A stretch of 16,473 bases of DNA from NCBI GenBank assembly GCA_043228905.1, contig JBHGNT010000746.1, forward strand, positions 1 to 16,473, read 5' to 3'. Origin of the DNA: Azolla caroliniana. Lineage: Eukaryota > Plantae > Polypodiophyta. Positions 6,901 through 16,473 of this stretch are shown piece by piece; within the stretch, counting starts at the first letter, position 1; each line of letters begins with the position of its first letter. The notes under the pieces are model-generated. The model was not told the DNA's origin, did no database searches, and saw only the letters and a program-made list of their open reading frames with translations. A program made the translations under genes and the position numbers.

Positions 6901-9900
6901 TTTATCAAATGGACTTTCAGTGTTTGGGAACAATTTTATTGCTCATGTTCTTGCTAAGGTAGGCTAGGCCTTTTATGCTGTGCAGTAAGTAACTTTTATA
7001 ATTCCGATCATACATGCTTATTCCTTGTTTTTGTTGATCTTGGTTAGTATGATGGAAATTTATCATCTGTATCATATGCTTTAACCAGTAATAAGGACAT
7101 TATATCAGCTATTTTACAGGTAAATGTTTAATGAAATTTGCCTTTATGTAATAAGTTTCAAATCTGCTCCTTGATGTGACTTTCTTACACATAGACTGGT
7201 TGTGGCAGGGTATTCTTATTGCTTTCCCATGGGTGCCAGTGATGTACAAAGCTTTTGGCACAAGCATTAGCTGGTTTCTGTGGTGTTTTCAAATGCATTT
7301 GTCAAAGAGTTTTGAAAAGATTTGCAGTGCAATGTCTTTTGTCCTTGCTTTATGTATTGCAATGGTGATGATCACACTTGGATGGCTCAATATCATTTAT
7401 GGGATGAAGGATAACCTCATAACCTGGTAAAACTTCTTGTGGTCTTTCTTGTCTCATATGTTATGGTATCCTGTGCACATATTATTCATTATAATAATTG
7501 TTATTATCTTTTAGGCTATGCTAGAGGATAGTCAACATTGTTCAGAAGGAACTTCTGGGTGTATGCATATTCTATATCTATGACTGCGTAGACCCATTTA
7601 TAATGAAGCATATTATGTTTGTGTACTTTTTTCTCTCAGTTGGAGTGCTAGGTTCCCATTTCTGGCAGTTGAGCACAGGGTGGGATTTGAACTCCCGACC
7701 AATGGCTTGCATGATAAGAGCTTCTCTCTTTAAAGGCACTTTTGGCCCCCAAGTTCACATGGTCTTGGTATTTCAAGCTATATTTGTTAGTTTCGTTTTT
7801 CATTTTTTTTCTTTCTTGAAAATGGTTTTTTGACCGTTTGGGACAACATCATGGGGATGCCTATTAGTTTTAAGACAACTTTCCCCCGCCCATGTCTTTC
7901 TATATTACAATAGCGCTCTTTTTACTACACTTTTTCTTCTTGACATTCTTTATATCAAGCTTTCTTTTCTGTGACACAGCGCATTCCTCATACTGGAATG
8001 GGAATGCTTGTTAAAGTAGTCGTAGTCGTAATCTTCCTGATGACCCAATGTTATAGAGTCAAACTAACCTATTATTACCAACACTTTATTTTTATTGTAT
8101 CATAGAGCGACCATTTAGTTTGGCTTCTACCGTCAGTGTTAACATCTAAAACATGTTGTCAATGTCACAGTTGATCCACCATATATGGCTGCTTGCGAGC
8201 AATGCTTCCAGAAATTGTTCTATTCAAGATGGGATTTTACATAGTATACAGTGGATATAGAATAACATAATCACTATGTATGAGGCTGTGTAGTGTTTCG
8301 AGTATTCTAGGAATCCCTAGTTCTTGAGTCCAACAAAGATTATGATGGAAAATTTTAAATAGAGCCCGGATGACTATACACCAATGGCATAATGAATGAT
8401 TTTTTGTTGTTTTTCTACTCAGTTACCCTTTGGGCTTTCACACCATATCTTTAATGATCTTGTCCTTTGTCTAATGCATGCCCTCTTTGAGAGTTTGAAG
8501 GTTCATGAAAATGTTGCATAGGGTTCATAATGCAACTTTCTTTTTCAGTTAGCCTAATGATATATGCCCATATACATGTGCAAAATAAAAAATGATGATT
8601 TCTTTTTGTATATCGATGCATCACCTAATTTTGATAGGGTTATGAACTTCGTCTTTGAAGATAAACAAAGATATTATCTTTGTGGCTATTGGATATTTGT
8701 GATCTCGACAGCCATTATTCCTTTATATATGGCAAAGAGCACTAAGATAGAAACAATAATGGTGCGCAAGTTTTTCCATCTAATGGTGGTTGTGATGTTT
8801 GTGCCAGCTTTGTTCTTTCAAGTAAGTAAATAAAATGAATATGAGATGCAATCTCTCATATAGGTCTTTGATTGTTTGGAATTGATGAACTTTTCCTCTT
8901 TATGCAGCAAGACTTCCTTAGCTTGGCATTTTGTGTTGCTTTTGCAGCATTCTTGGTTGTCGAGATGGTTCGCGTAAGGCACTTGTAGAAAATCTCATGC
9001 ATTGATATATTTGTGTGTTATTTCCATTACCATCTGGTGCGTGTATGTGTGTGCATTTCGTGCTTCTGTATGAAGAGCACATGCTCTATACATTCGTATA
9101 AGCTAATATGGTGTTGTACATTGTATCAACGAATCTAGGTTTGTGCATTCATGTAAACTAATGTAAGTTTATGCATTCATGTAAACTATTGTAGGTTTGT
9201 GCATTCATATAAACTAATGTAGGTTTGTGCATTTATATCAACGAATATAGGTTTGTGCATTCGTATCGAGTATTATAGGTTTGTGCATATACGATTTACT
9301 CTAAATGTTTATGTTCGCTACGGTATGTAGCATCATATGCTTTCATGCATTGACATATCCAACAAATTTAATGTAGTACATAAATAGAATATTATGTTTT
9401 TCTGTCATAATTGCCAATGAAATCATGATGAGAATATAATTTGTGCATCTAAAGCCATGTAGCATCATATGCTTTCATGCATTTGACATATCCAACAAAT
9501 TTAATGTAGTGCATAAATAGAGTATAATGTTTTTCTGTCATAATTGCCAATGAAATCATGATGAGAATATAATTTGTGCATCTAAAGCCATGCGGGTCGT
9601 CCTAGTTTCTATATATATTATTTGGTTTCTAACTTTTATTTTCTATTGCTTCTCTTTTTGTGATTCTTTTATTGTTATTTATTGCATTTTTGTAATTTAC
9701 GTCTCTTTCTTAGCCTTTCTGTGTTTGTTTATATAAAAGTTTCCCCCTTGCTCATGATTTTCTTAAGCCCATGGGTTTTTCGTTCTTATAAAAGAGATAT
9801 AAGAATCATTAAAATGTAAGTATCTGGAGCATTCAATCACAAGAACTAAGATACTCTTTTAATGTCTTATATTTTTTATCAGGTATTACGAATTCCACCG

Positions 9901-10888
9901 TTTGGAGACTGTATTCATAAGTTCATGGCAGCCTTTACTGATAGTCGAGATTCTGATCTCCTAATCATAAGGTTAGTAATTATTTTCCTTAAACCCTAGA
10001 GAGAATGCCAATATCTTCTAAATCCATGTTCTTACCTGTATATATTTTATATCTTTATCACTTGCAGTCACTTTTCGCTTCTCTTAGGTTGTGCTTTGCC
10101 AGTATGGCTCACAAACTCCCTAGGTGACCGACCCCTTGCACCCTTTGCTGGAGTCTTCAGTATTGGCATCGGAGACACAATGGTGTGCTTATGTTTTACT
10201 CCAGACATTCTTTTCTTTTCTTTTTCTTTTGCATGTTTTTTCTCTAAAATATTGTCATTCACTGTAAAACGTTTTACAAATTGGCATAATAAATAGAAAT
10301 ATCACGACTGATATTTTGCATCTTAATGGCAGGCATCTGTTGTTGGATATAATTTTGGATCCCTTCGGTTAAGTCATGCCAACAGTAATGTCTTTTCACG
10401 TTCGCAAAAATCTTAAACAATATTGATCGGTGGTTTTGTTTTACGAGATACTTCTTTGAAGTATTGTGTAACTTATTTGATTAATGTAGAAAGAAAACTT
10501 GTTCTTTGTAATCTGTCTCGAGAGATTTTTTGGTTTTTGATGATTTGATTTGACAGAGAAAACATTGGAAGGTACTGTAGCCGGAATTGTATCAGTTTTG
10601 GTGGCATGCCTAATAATCCTAAAGTTTATGAATGTGGACATCACAAGTATAGAGGTAAAACATATTTATATTTATTACTACTGTTTTATCTCTTCATTGC
10701 ATGAGAGAATGATCTCAAACATTCATAAATCATCATTCGTCTATTTTAATGGTTTTTTGGTTTCTTTTTCTGTGCAGTTACATTCATTGATGATAGCAGT
10801 TGTATATACAGGGTTAATGGAAGCCTATACAACACAACTTGATAATGCTTTTCTTCCATTGATTTTCTATTCATTACTGATTGCTTAA
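3738..10888 (+). CDS. DOK1: Dolichol kinase (DOK1/EVAN, Sec59/DOLK family), 14 exons, 1671 nt CDS, 556 aa
   Basis: Exons: 3738-3928, 5615-5724, 6375-6563, 6655-6759, 6888-6958, 7048-7119, 7209-7426, 8638-8821, 8908-8973, 9883-9971, 10068-10182, 10333-10384, 10557-10654, 10778-10888. All introns are GT-AG and phases are compatible. Motifs matching plant dolichol kinase (At3g45040/EVAN): LSLSAFFVE, FPGCTSLGEA, RKFFHLM, FTDSRDSDLLIISHFSLLLGCALPVW, GIGDTMASVVG, KKTLEGT, EAYTTQLDNAFLPLIFYSLL. Confidence 0.95.
4000..5030. repeat. Degenerate ~90-bp tandem repeat in DOK1 intron 1
   Basis: Core TTTTCATGGAACAGGGGATGTGTAGAT-like motif with the GATGTGTAGA part at 4041, 4130, ~4291, 4374, 4464, 4552, 4644, 4740, 4827, 4906 and 5004, plus an outlier at 5281. 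Confidence 0.75.
5615..5724 (+). CDS. DOK1: Dolichol kinase exon 2
   Basis: (R)VGTLSGIYTGALTIPCVLAAQMIQ resembles recalled RGASSGILLGAVTLP; boundaries tcag| and |gtaatg. Confidence 0.85.
6375..6563 (+). CDS. DOK1: Dolichol kinase exon 3
   Basis: GYEDFRSKFWAAVASSMGLLIY...; boundaries ctag| and |gtgagt. Confidence 0.85.
6655..6759 (+). CDS. DOK1: Dolichol kinase exon 4
   Basis: ALSFPIKIV...HAFPGCTSL; acceptor gcag|, weak donor |gttcca. Confidence 0.8.
6888..6958 (+). CDS. DOK1: Dolichol kinase exon 5
   Basis: GEAMLLSNGLSVFGNNFIAHVLAK; boundaries atag| and |gtaggc. Confidence 0.88.
7048..7119 (+). CDS. DOK1: Dolichol kinase exon 6
   Basis: YDGNLSSVSYALTSNKDIISAILQ; boundaries ttag| and |gtaaat; 72 nt, phase 0-0. 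Confidence 0.8.
7209..7426 (+). CDS. DOK1: Dolichol kinase exon 7
   Basis: GILIAFPWVPVMYK...MKDNLIT(W); boundaries gcag| and |gtaaaa. Confidence 0.85.
7627..7750 (-). mobile_element. Possible tRNA-derived SINE relic or tRNA fragment in DOK1 intron 7
   Basis: Minus strand reads GGGGGCC...GGTCGGGAGTTCAAATCCCACC..., with a Pol III B-box GTTCAAATCC (7692-7683) in a tRNA variable-loop/T-arm context and a short A6 run at 7632-7627. The A-box is degenerate and no target-site duplication is seen. Confidence 0.35.
8638..8821 (+). CDS. DOK1: Dolichol kinase exon 8
   Basis: VMNFVFEDKQRYYLCGYW...RKFFHLMVVVMFVPALFFQ; boundaries atag| and |gtaagt. Confidence 0.92.
8908..8973 (+). CDS. DOK1: Dolichol kinase exon 9
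   Basis: QDFLSLAFCVAFAAFLVVEMVR; boundaries gcag| and |gtaagg. Confidence 0.9.
9081..9293. repeat. 28-bp minisatellite (about 8 units) in DOK1 intron 9
   Basis: TAGGTTTGTGCATTCATGTAAACTAATG-like units start at 9136, 9164, 9192, 9220, 9248 and 9276, with degenerate units at ~9081 and ~9109. Confidence 0.92.
9325..9592. repeat. Recent 132/133-bp tandem duplication in DOK1 intron 9
   Basis: 9325-9456 versus 9457-9589 differ by 3 substitutions and a 1-nt indel by my count. Confidence 0.95.
9883..9971 (+). CDS. DOK1: Dolichol kinase exon 10
   Basis: VLRIPPFGDCIHKFMAAFTDSRDSDLLII; boundaries tcag| and |gttagt. Confidence 0.92.
10068..10182 (+). CDS. DOK1: Dolichol kinase exon 11
   Basis: (S)HFSLLLGCALPVW...GIGDTM; boundaries gcag| and |gtgtgc. 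Confidence 0.93.
10333..10384 (+). CDS. DOK1: Dolichol kinase exon 12
   Basis: ASVVGYNFGSLRLSHAN; boundaries gcag| and |gtaatg. Confidence 0.9.
10557..10654 (+). CDS. DOK1: Dolichol kinase exon 13
   Basis: KKTLEGTVAGIVSVLVAC...SIE; boundaries acag| and |gtaaaa. Confidence 0.9.
10778..10888 (+). CDS. DOK1: Dolichol kinase exon 14 (terminal)
   Basis: LHSLMIAVVYTGLMEAYTTQLDNAFLPLIFYSLLIA*; acceptor gcag|. Confidence 0.93.
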   Translation, partial: LHSLMIAVVYTGLMEAYTTQLDNAFLPLIFYSLLIA

Positions 10889-13719
10889 AGAGTTTCCATT
10901 TCACACTTTGTTGGATCTTGGTTTCTTGCAATTGCCAACAACGTCCTATTAAGTCAGAGAAAACAAAAAATGAAGTGGAAAGAAAAGAGTTTCAAAATTG
11001 CCTTGAATAGAGAGGAAAGAATGTATTATGATGTTTTATACATAGTTCTGAAAGGGCGAGCTATTAAAGAGTAGAAAGCATAGTTAAAAAAACTATGCTG
11101 TGTGTATCTCCTCTTCTCTCCTTTTATATACTCTACCCCAATACAGAAGAAAACAACAAACTCAAAAACCCTGAAATGACTTTCATTGCAATTATTGTTG
11201 CATCGGCGGCGATTATTTGTATCTGAAATATTATAAATCTAGACAATTCATTGAAGAACTAATTTAAAGAAATTCTTCATTTTTTTGCATTGAAATTTGG
11301 AATGAATTTCTTGTGTCACTTTGGCAGACATTATATATGAGGCGACAGCTGTTGTAGTGATGTAATAAAAAAGGAATTATAGGAGAGAAAAAATGTAAAA
11401 AAGGAACCATTAGTATAAAGATCAGCATTTTATGTATTTTTTATGTTTGCTCTCTACATTGGCATTTTCCTAGTGTGCGAATCATTCATTTGATTGCAAA
11501 TGTAGATTAGTGCTGTTATGCCCACTTTTGTAGTTATTGTGACAAGGTAGAGCCTGACCGCTGTTAATCCACTTGGAAGGTTGATATGTGAAGATATATA
11601 TTAGTTGACCCTTGTAGAATCTCATACAGTTCCAGCATTAGGGAGAGTTGTGCAATAATAAGGAATGATAAAGAGTAAAACATTACAAAATTTTACTTTT
11701 ATGTAGAGTTGGAACTTGGAATTCTTTGGTTTTTGATGAACTGATTGAACTGATGGAAAGAGGAAATGTTTGTATTTGTAATACTGGCAAATTCATCTTT
11801 GAGCTTGTAGAAGCTCAAGTTCCAACTATTGCCGAAATATGAAGTAAAATAGCCTCTTTGTTCTACTAAAGAACTATAGTTTTGATAGCAATAGAGAGGA
11901 ATTTCTACAATATGTAATCTCTTGAAAGAAGAAAAAAGTTGATATTATACTTCCCCTGGCATTTAAGTGATTTTGTTGACATTATACTTCTATTTCATAT
12001 TATGGGGAAGAGCCACACAGTTGATATATACTTCCCTCACATTAGTGTTTTTGTTTTTGTCCTTTTCCATGCTATGGGGACACCAATCCCTTTCCAAGGT
12101 TTTACATGTTCTCCCTCTCCGTTATATTGCTTCTTATGTCCATGATAGTGAAAGGTATAACAAGTACTTAATAGATGTACATATATGCACATGGATGTTA
12201 GCTTATGAAGATTAGTTGTAGACAACCTCCATCATGGTCTAAGTCTAAGGTCTATAACATGGGTTAGTCTTTTGTCAGGTAGTAGACAACCTCCACAACC
12301 TCCATCATTGCAAAAGATAAACCACTTATAAAGAGAGGACTTGCCCGCCCTCTAGTTATTTACTTGATTGGGCCAAAAACCATTGTGCATTGATTAAGAT
12401 TTCAATGAGTGTTGGTAGTTGCCTTTCAACATTGGAAAGAAGGAATACTTTTCACTTTTAAATGCCATTCCATCTAGAGGGATACTTCATGTGGAGGGAT
12501 CTCTGAGCTATTTAACAAGAATTAGGTTACCAAATTTTTAACTGTACTATATCTTCATGTGTTTGGTGAAGGTTATTGATCATTTGCATTTGGCGAGAGA
12601 GCTAAGTATGTATAGAGATAATAAATAGATTTCATATTTATCAGATATCATCCACAAATATTGCTATGTTGCTAATGAATATGAAAGCGTTATGTGGAAA
12701 TGTGTAAGGAGGCCTCAACTAGATCCCTTTGTGTAAAGCTATTCCAAATTGTTGTAAAAATGTTTAAGAGGCCTTATGTCTACTTTCAGTTTCAAACTAG
12801 ATCATGTTGTATAAAGTTATTCCAAAATGTTTGAAACACAAAATTTACGAAGATGGGACATGCAACATGATTGTGTTACTATATATATAAAATGTTTATA
12901 AGAAACATATAATCGCATCATGTATTTGTGTATTACCATTAAGACATCATGGTAGAGGATATTAGATTTATTTTTCTCACAAATACTCCTCGTTAGGAAG
13001 TTCCTCAAGCATTAATTGCACCTACGGGATTTGTCCAAACAAGTCCATTCTTTTGTTATGAGAAATGAACCTTATATGGTAATGAAAAGAAAAATATCCC
13101 TCAAAAAGAAGAATCATTTAATTATTGAAATGATTACATGGATACTCAAGCAAGAAAATACACTTTCATACTTTTCGAGAAGTAAAACAAAGTGCAACAA
13201 AGTAAGAGACAAGAGGGAAAGAGACAAAGTTTGAAGGAAGCGAAAGCTTATTACTTTGGTGATGGCCCATGGGGGTGGAGGATAGAGAAAGAACAAATTC
13301 TACATTTACAATTATAGGACTCTTAGACCAAATCAATGAAACGAAAAAAAAAACTATGTATGAATGGGTTTGTATTCATGAATGTTGCTTTTGCTAGAAG
13401 GAGGTAGTTTCTTACGCGTACGCAACCATGAACCAAACTATCTTCACTATAATGAGACTCCTAACCAATTACAAATCTTGTGATCTCAAAAGCGCCTCCT
13501 TGTCAGTCGTTGACATACAAAACATGGATGATTGGAATTAATAAATAATTACTAAGATGAAGACAACAACAAGTTCAATAAGTTAAACAAAGATATATAA
13601 ATGTCACAAGAAGTTGTGCATTATTAGCACTAAGGGGAAGGAACCCAACAAATTCAGTCAAATGAAAAGGTAGAGGAAGAGACGGAAAGTTAGGCAAGCA
13701 AGAAGACATTAGAGATTTC

Positions 13720-16330
13720 CTATTTTGTTTTATTTTCCCAAAAAAAGGTACTACATTAGTATTAAGAAACGCCCTAAGGCTATACATACAAGATATACCT
13801 TTCAGTAGAGCTCCTTTTCTAAATTCTAACCGTCGGCTTAAATAAATACTTCGGTGTAGAGTAGAACCACCCCACCTCATCAAAAATCCGTCTATAAAAT
13901 ATGCCTTTGTCCTAGATGGCATGAAACTCTAATCTCTTGAGCTCTACCTGTTGCGTATTACCTTTTATATTATCCAAAGAACCTCTAAGCTTATGCACAA
14001 TCTCTATCCAAATCCCAAATGTTATTTGGGCAGGTCTTTTGGTCACATTTTAAAATACCTTCAAATATCGAGCCTTCCAAATATACCAAGTTGTAATACT
14101 ACTTACCAATTGCCATTTTTCCGGTTTATCAATCTCGATTTGTGCATTCAAAGTTATCAATGTTTTTTGCATCAACTCATGTGTCATAACAATATAGCAT
14201 TTGCAACCTCCTCTTGTTCATATAGCGTTGGTTTATCTTATACCACCACCCATAATACCGCTCCCCATGTATACATTGTTGGAGGAATACTGGTATGAAG
14301 GTGTTATGATTATTTTCCTTAATTCCATCGCAAAACCACAACTCCGCAAACAATGATTGGCGGTCTCTACTGATCCATGCAAAAAGGGCACATATTGTCT
14401 ACATTCCCCTTTTGCCAACCATTAACTGGTATAGCTCTATGAACCAACAACCAACTGAAACAAACACTTTTCTTACTCCTTTTTATGCCCCACAACAATT
14501 TCCAAAATTGTTTGAGATGTTGCGGAGAAAGTGCATTTCGACTCCATAAAACATAGGAATCCCAATCAACTCGATCATAGGTTTTTTCAAAATAAAGTAA
14601 CAAAATAGGCATTTTATACTTCTTTCTTGAATGAAACCTGTTTGGGTGATATGAATCAAATCATGTAACAAAGGTTGTAATCTCAACGATAATGTTTTTG
14701 CGAAAATTGTATATACTGTATTAAGCAAAGTTAATGTTCTCCATTTTTTTATATTGTCCGACATACCCTCACTCATAGATATTAAATAAATCAATCCAAT
14801 TGCCATACTACGGGGCATACACCCAATATAAAAAATTCTTTGATAAACTTTTGTTAAGTTTTCCCCAATATTTGAGGAAAAATGTATAGTAATTCCATCC
14901 TCCCCTGGACAAGACATAAGACTTAAAGCTTTAAGTCCATTATGTATCTCCATAATGTCAAAGGACTTCAATAATGGAACCTTCATTTCCTTTGTGACTT
15001 TGGGCTTAATTTTGTCCCACACCCGCGTCCTATTGGCATGAACATAATCATTAATAACTCCAACAAACAACAATTAGTATAGTAAGTTTTAGTAAATTGT
15101 ACAATTTCCGACTCATATTCTGTTAAAGAGTCATCCTCGCTCCCTAGTTGTTTAATCCCTATTGTTGACCATTTCGGTGCAACTTGGGAAAAAACAATTT
15201 GTTTACTTAGTCGTCACCTACTTGTGTCCATTTTGAAACAAAAGCTTGATATTGAAATTGTAGAATGTTGTCCTCTATATTTCTTAATTCCTATTTCACA
15301 TTATGTAGGGCACTTTCCGTCCATTCAAATGATGGATCCCTTTCTTGGAAATGCTGCAACTATGTCAAGGCACAATGCATTCTGATAATTTTTTGTTTAT
15401 GTCTTTCCCTTTTCCCTTATGCCCAAGAAATTAGGAAACTATTAATATGTAATATTGCTAAAGCCACATTATCTTCCATATTTCCAATTTGCAATAAAGT
15501 TTGCCTCCATATATACATAACTTGTTCAATAACTAAGGTTTTTGTAAACAATTATGGTGGAATCCTCATGCTCTCTTGTTTCTTATGTTTTTTCCCATCA
15601 TTAACTTGTGGCACAACAGGGGCATGATCGGAAAAAGTCATGCCTGGATTAATGACAACACTCCCCCATATCTCCAAAAATAGATCATGAACATAAATCC
15701 TTTCAATTCTTGACCGATTTGCCCCATTTAATCTCCTATCATAGCTAGAAAATTCTAAGGGATTCTGCAAATTTCCAAAGGATGGTAAATGCCAAACATG
15801 CAACAACCTTCTACTTATAGTATGCTATGTTACTCCACCCACCTTCACCACTCCTATCATTAGGATCCTCAATCATATTAAAGTCTCCTGCGACACACCA
15901 ATTATCTACAACTAGGAATGAATGATCCAACTCTATCCACATCTTTAATCGTTCTCTAGAAGAATTGGGAGCATACAAACTCAGAAAGCCAACCTTTTTA
16001 TTATGAAAGTTAATGATAACATATTGTGCTCTTCGTAACAGCAAAATATTCAACATATATACTTGCCATATGTCACGAATAGCCATACATAATCCACCTT
16101 GGATTTGTGTTGATCCATATGCCGAAACCCAATACATTTCCCAAATTCCAAGCAATAGTGAGCCATATACTTTAGTACGCCTTTCATTTAGATGATGTTC
16201 TTGTAACATTGCTATGTCCACTTGACCAATTATTCTTGATGTCCGTTATTGTATGTTTGGACATCGAATTTAGGATCATCCAACCGTGATTGTATTACTT
16301 TACAATCTCGTTGCCAGAATGTCTATTGTC
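13720..16330 (-). mobile_element. Degenerate L1-clade LINE retrotransposon (ORF2: APE endonuclease, partial RT, zf-RVT), with frameshifts, stops and internal deletions
   Basis: Endonuclease motifs DIAMLQEHH, LYAPN, VAGDFN (16221-15811) and SRIERIYV, FSDHAPV (15806-15552). RT N-terminal motifs CPGEDGIT, WRTLTLLNTVYTIFAK, QTGFIQERSI, LLYFEKTYDRVDW (15073-14560). zf-RVT-like FWKLLW...FSWLLVHRAIPV...CPFC...ETANHCLRSC (14510-14340). A-rich stretch with AATAAA on the minus strand at 13734-13721 may mark the 3' end. Boundaries are approximate, and the element may continue past 16473 (open frame ending at TAA 16369-16367 could be an ORF1 tail). Confidence 0.92.
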
Positions 16331-16473
16331 AGGTACTTTCTTTCTCAAATCTTTCGTCAACGGAGTTTATCCTTCTCCTAGGTCGGTTAACAAATGATAT
16401 ATATTATCCTTCTTAGGTTGCCATTTGGATGTATCATGGCTTGTCTTTTTTACAATGTATCTTTTTGCAACTT

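Noticed and set aside
9425-9592. ATGATGA C-box in each copy of the 132-bp duplication
   Set aside because: No CTGA D box at a suitable distance.
11939-13296. Short ORFs between DOK1 and the LINE
   Set aside because: AT-rich, no recognisable domains and no consistent exon chain.
13951-16195. Plus-strand ORFs 13951-14298, 15265-15627 and 16013-16195
   Set aside because: Antisense to LINE ORF2 remnants.
13720-16330. Possibility of an active or domesticated RT system
   Set aside because: Multiple stops and frameshifts, and the RT catalytic motif is absent.

Overview
AT-rich, intron-containing land-plant nuclear DNA; a fern origin is my inference from the divergent proteins and the L1 type. There are three main components. 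(1) On the minus strand, a CSC1/OSCA4.1-type (At4g35870/GFS10-like) channel gene with ATG at 1886, intronless within the window and running off the left edge. The ORF track misses it because its stop is outside the window. (2) Head-to-head with it, about 1.85 kb away, a complete 14-exon dolichol kinase gene (DOK1/EVAN-like, 3738-10888, 556 aa). Every junction is GT-AG and the phases join without internal stops. (3) A decayed L1-clade LINE on the minus strand (about 13720-16330) whose RT catalytic core has been deleted. The most unusual observation is a degenerate ~44-bp tandem array just upstream of the OSCA start. Its unit, read in the OSCA sense, is a miniature ATG-(2-3 codons)-TAG uORF whose stop is supplied by a telo-box-like TAGGG. 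The DOK introns also hold several tandem repeats, a possible tRNA-derived SINE relic and a C/D-box-like arrangement. No searches were run; homology calls come from recalled motifs.
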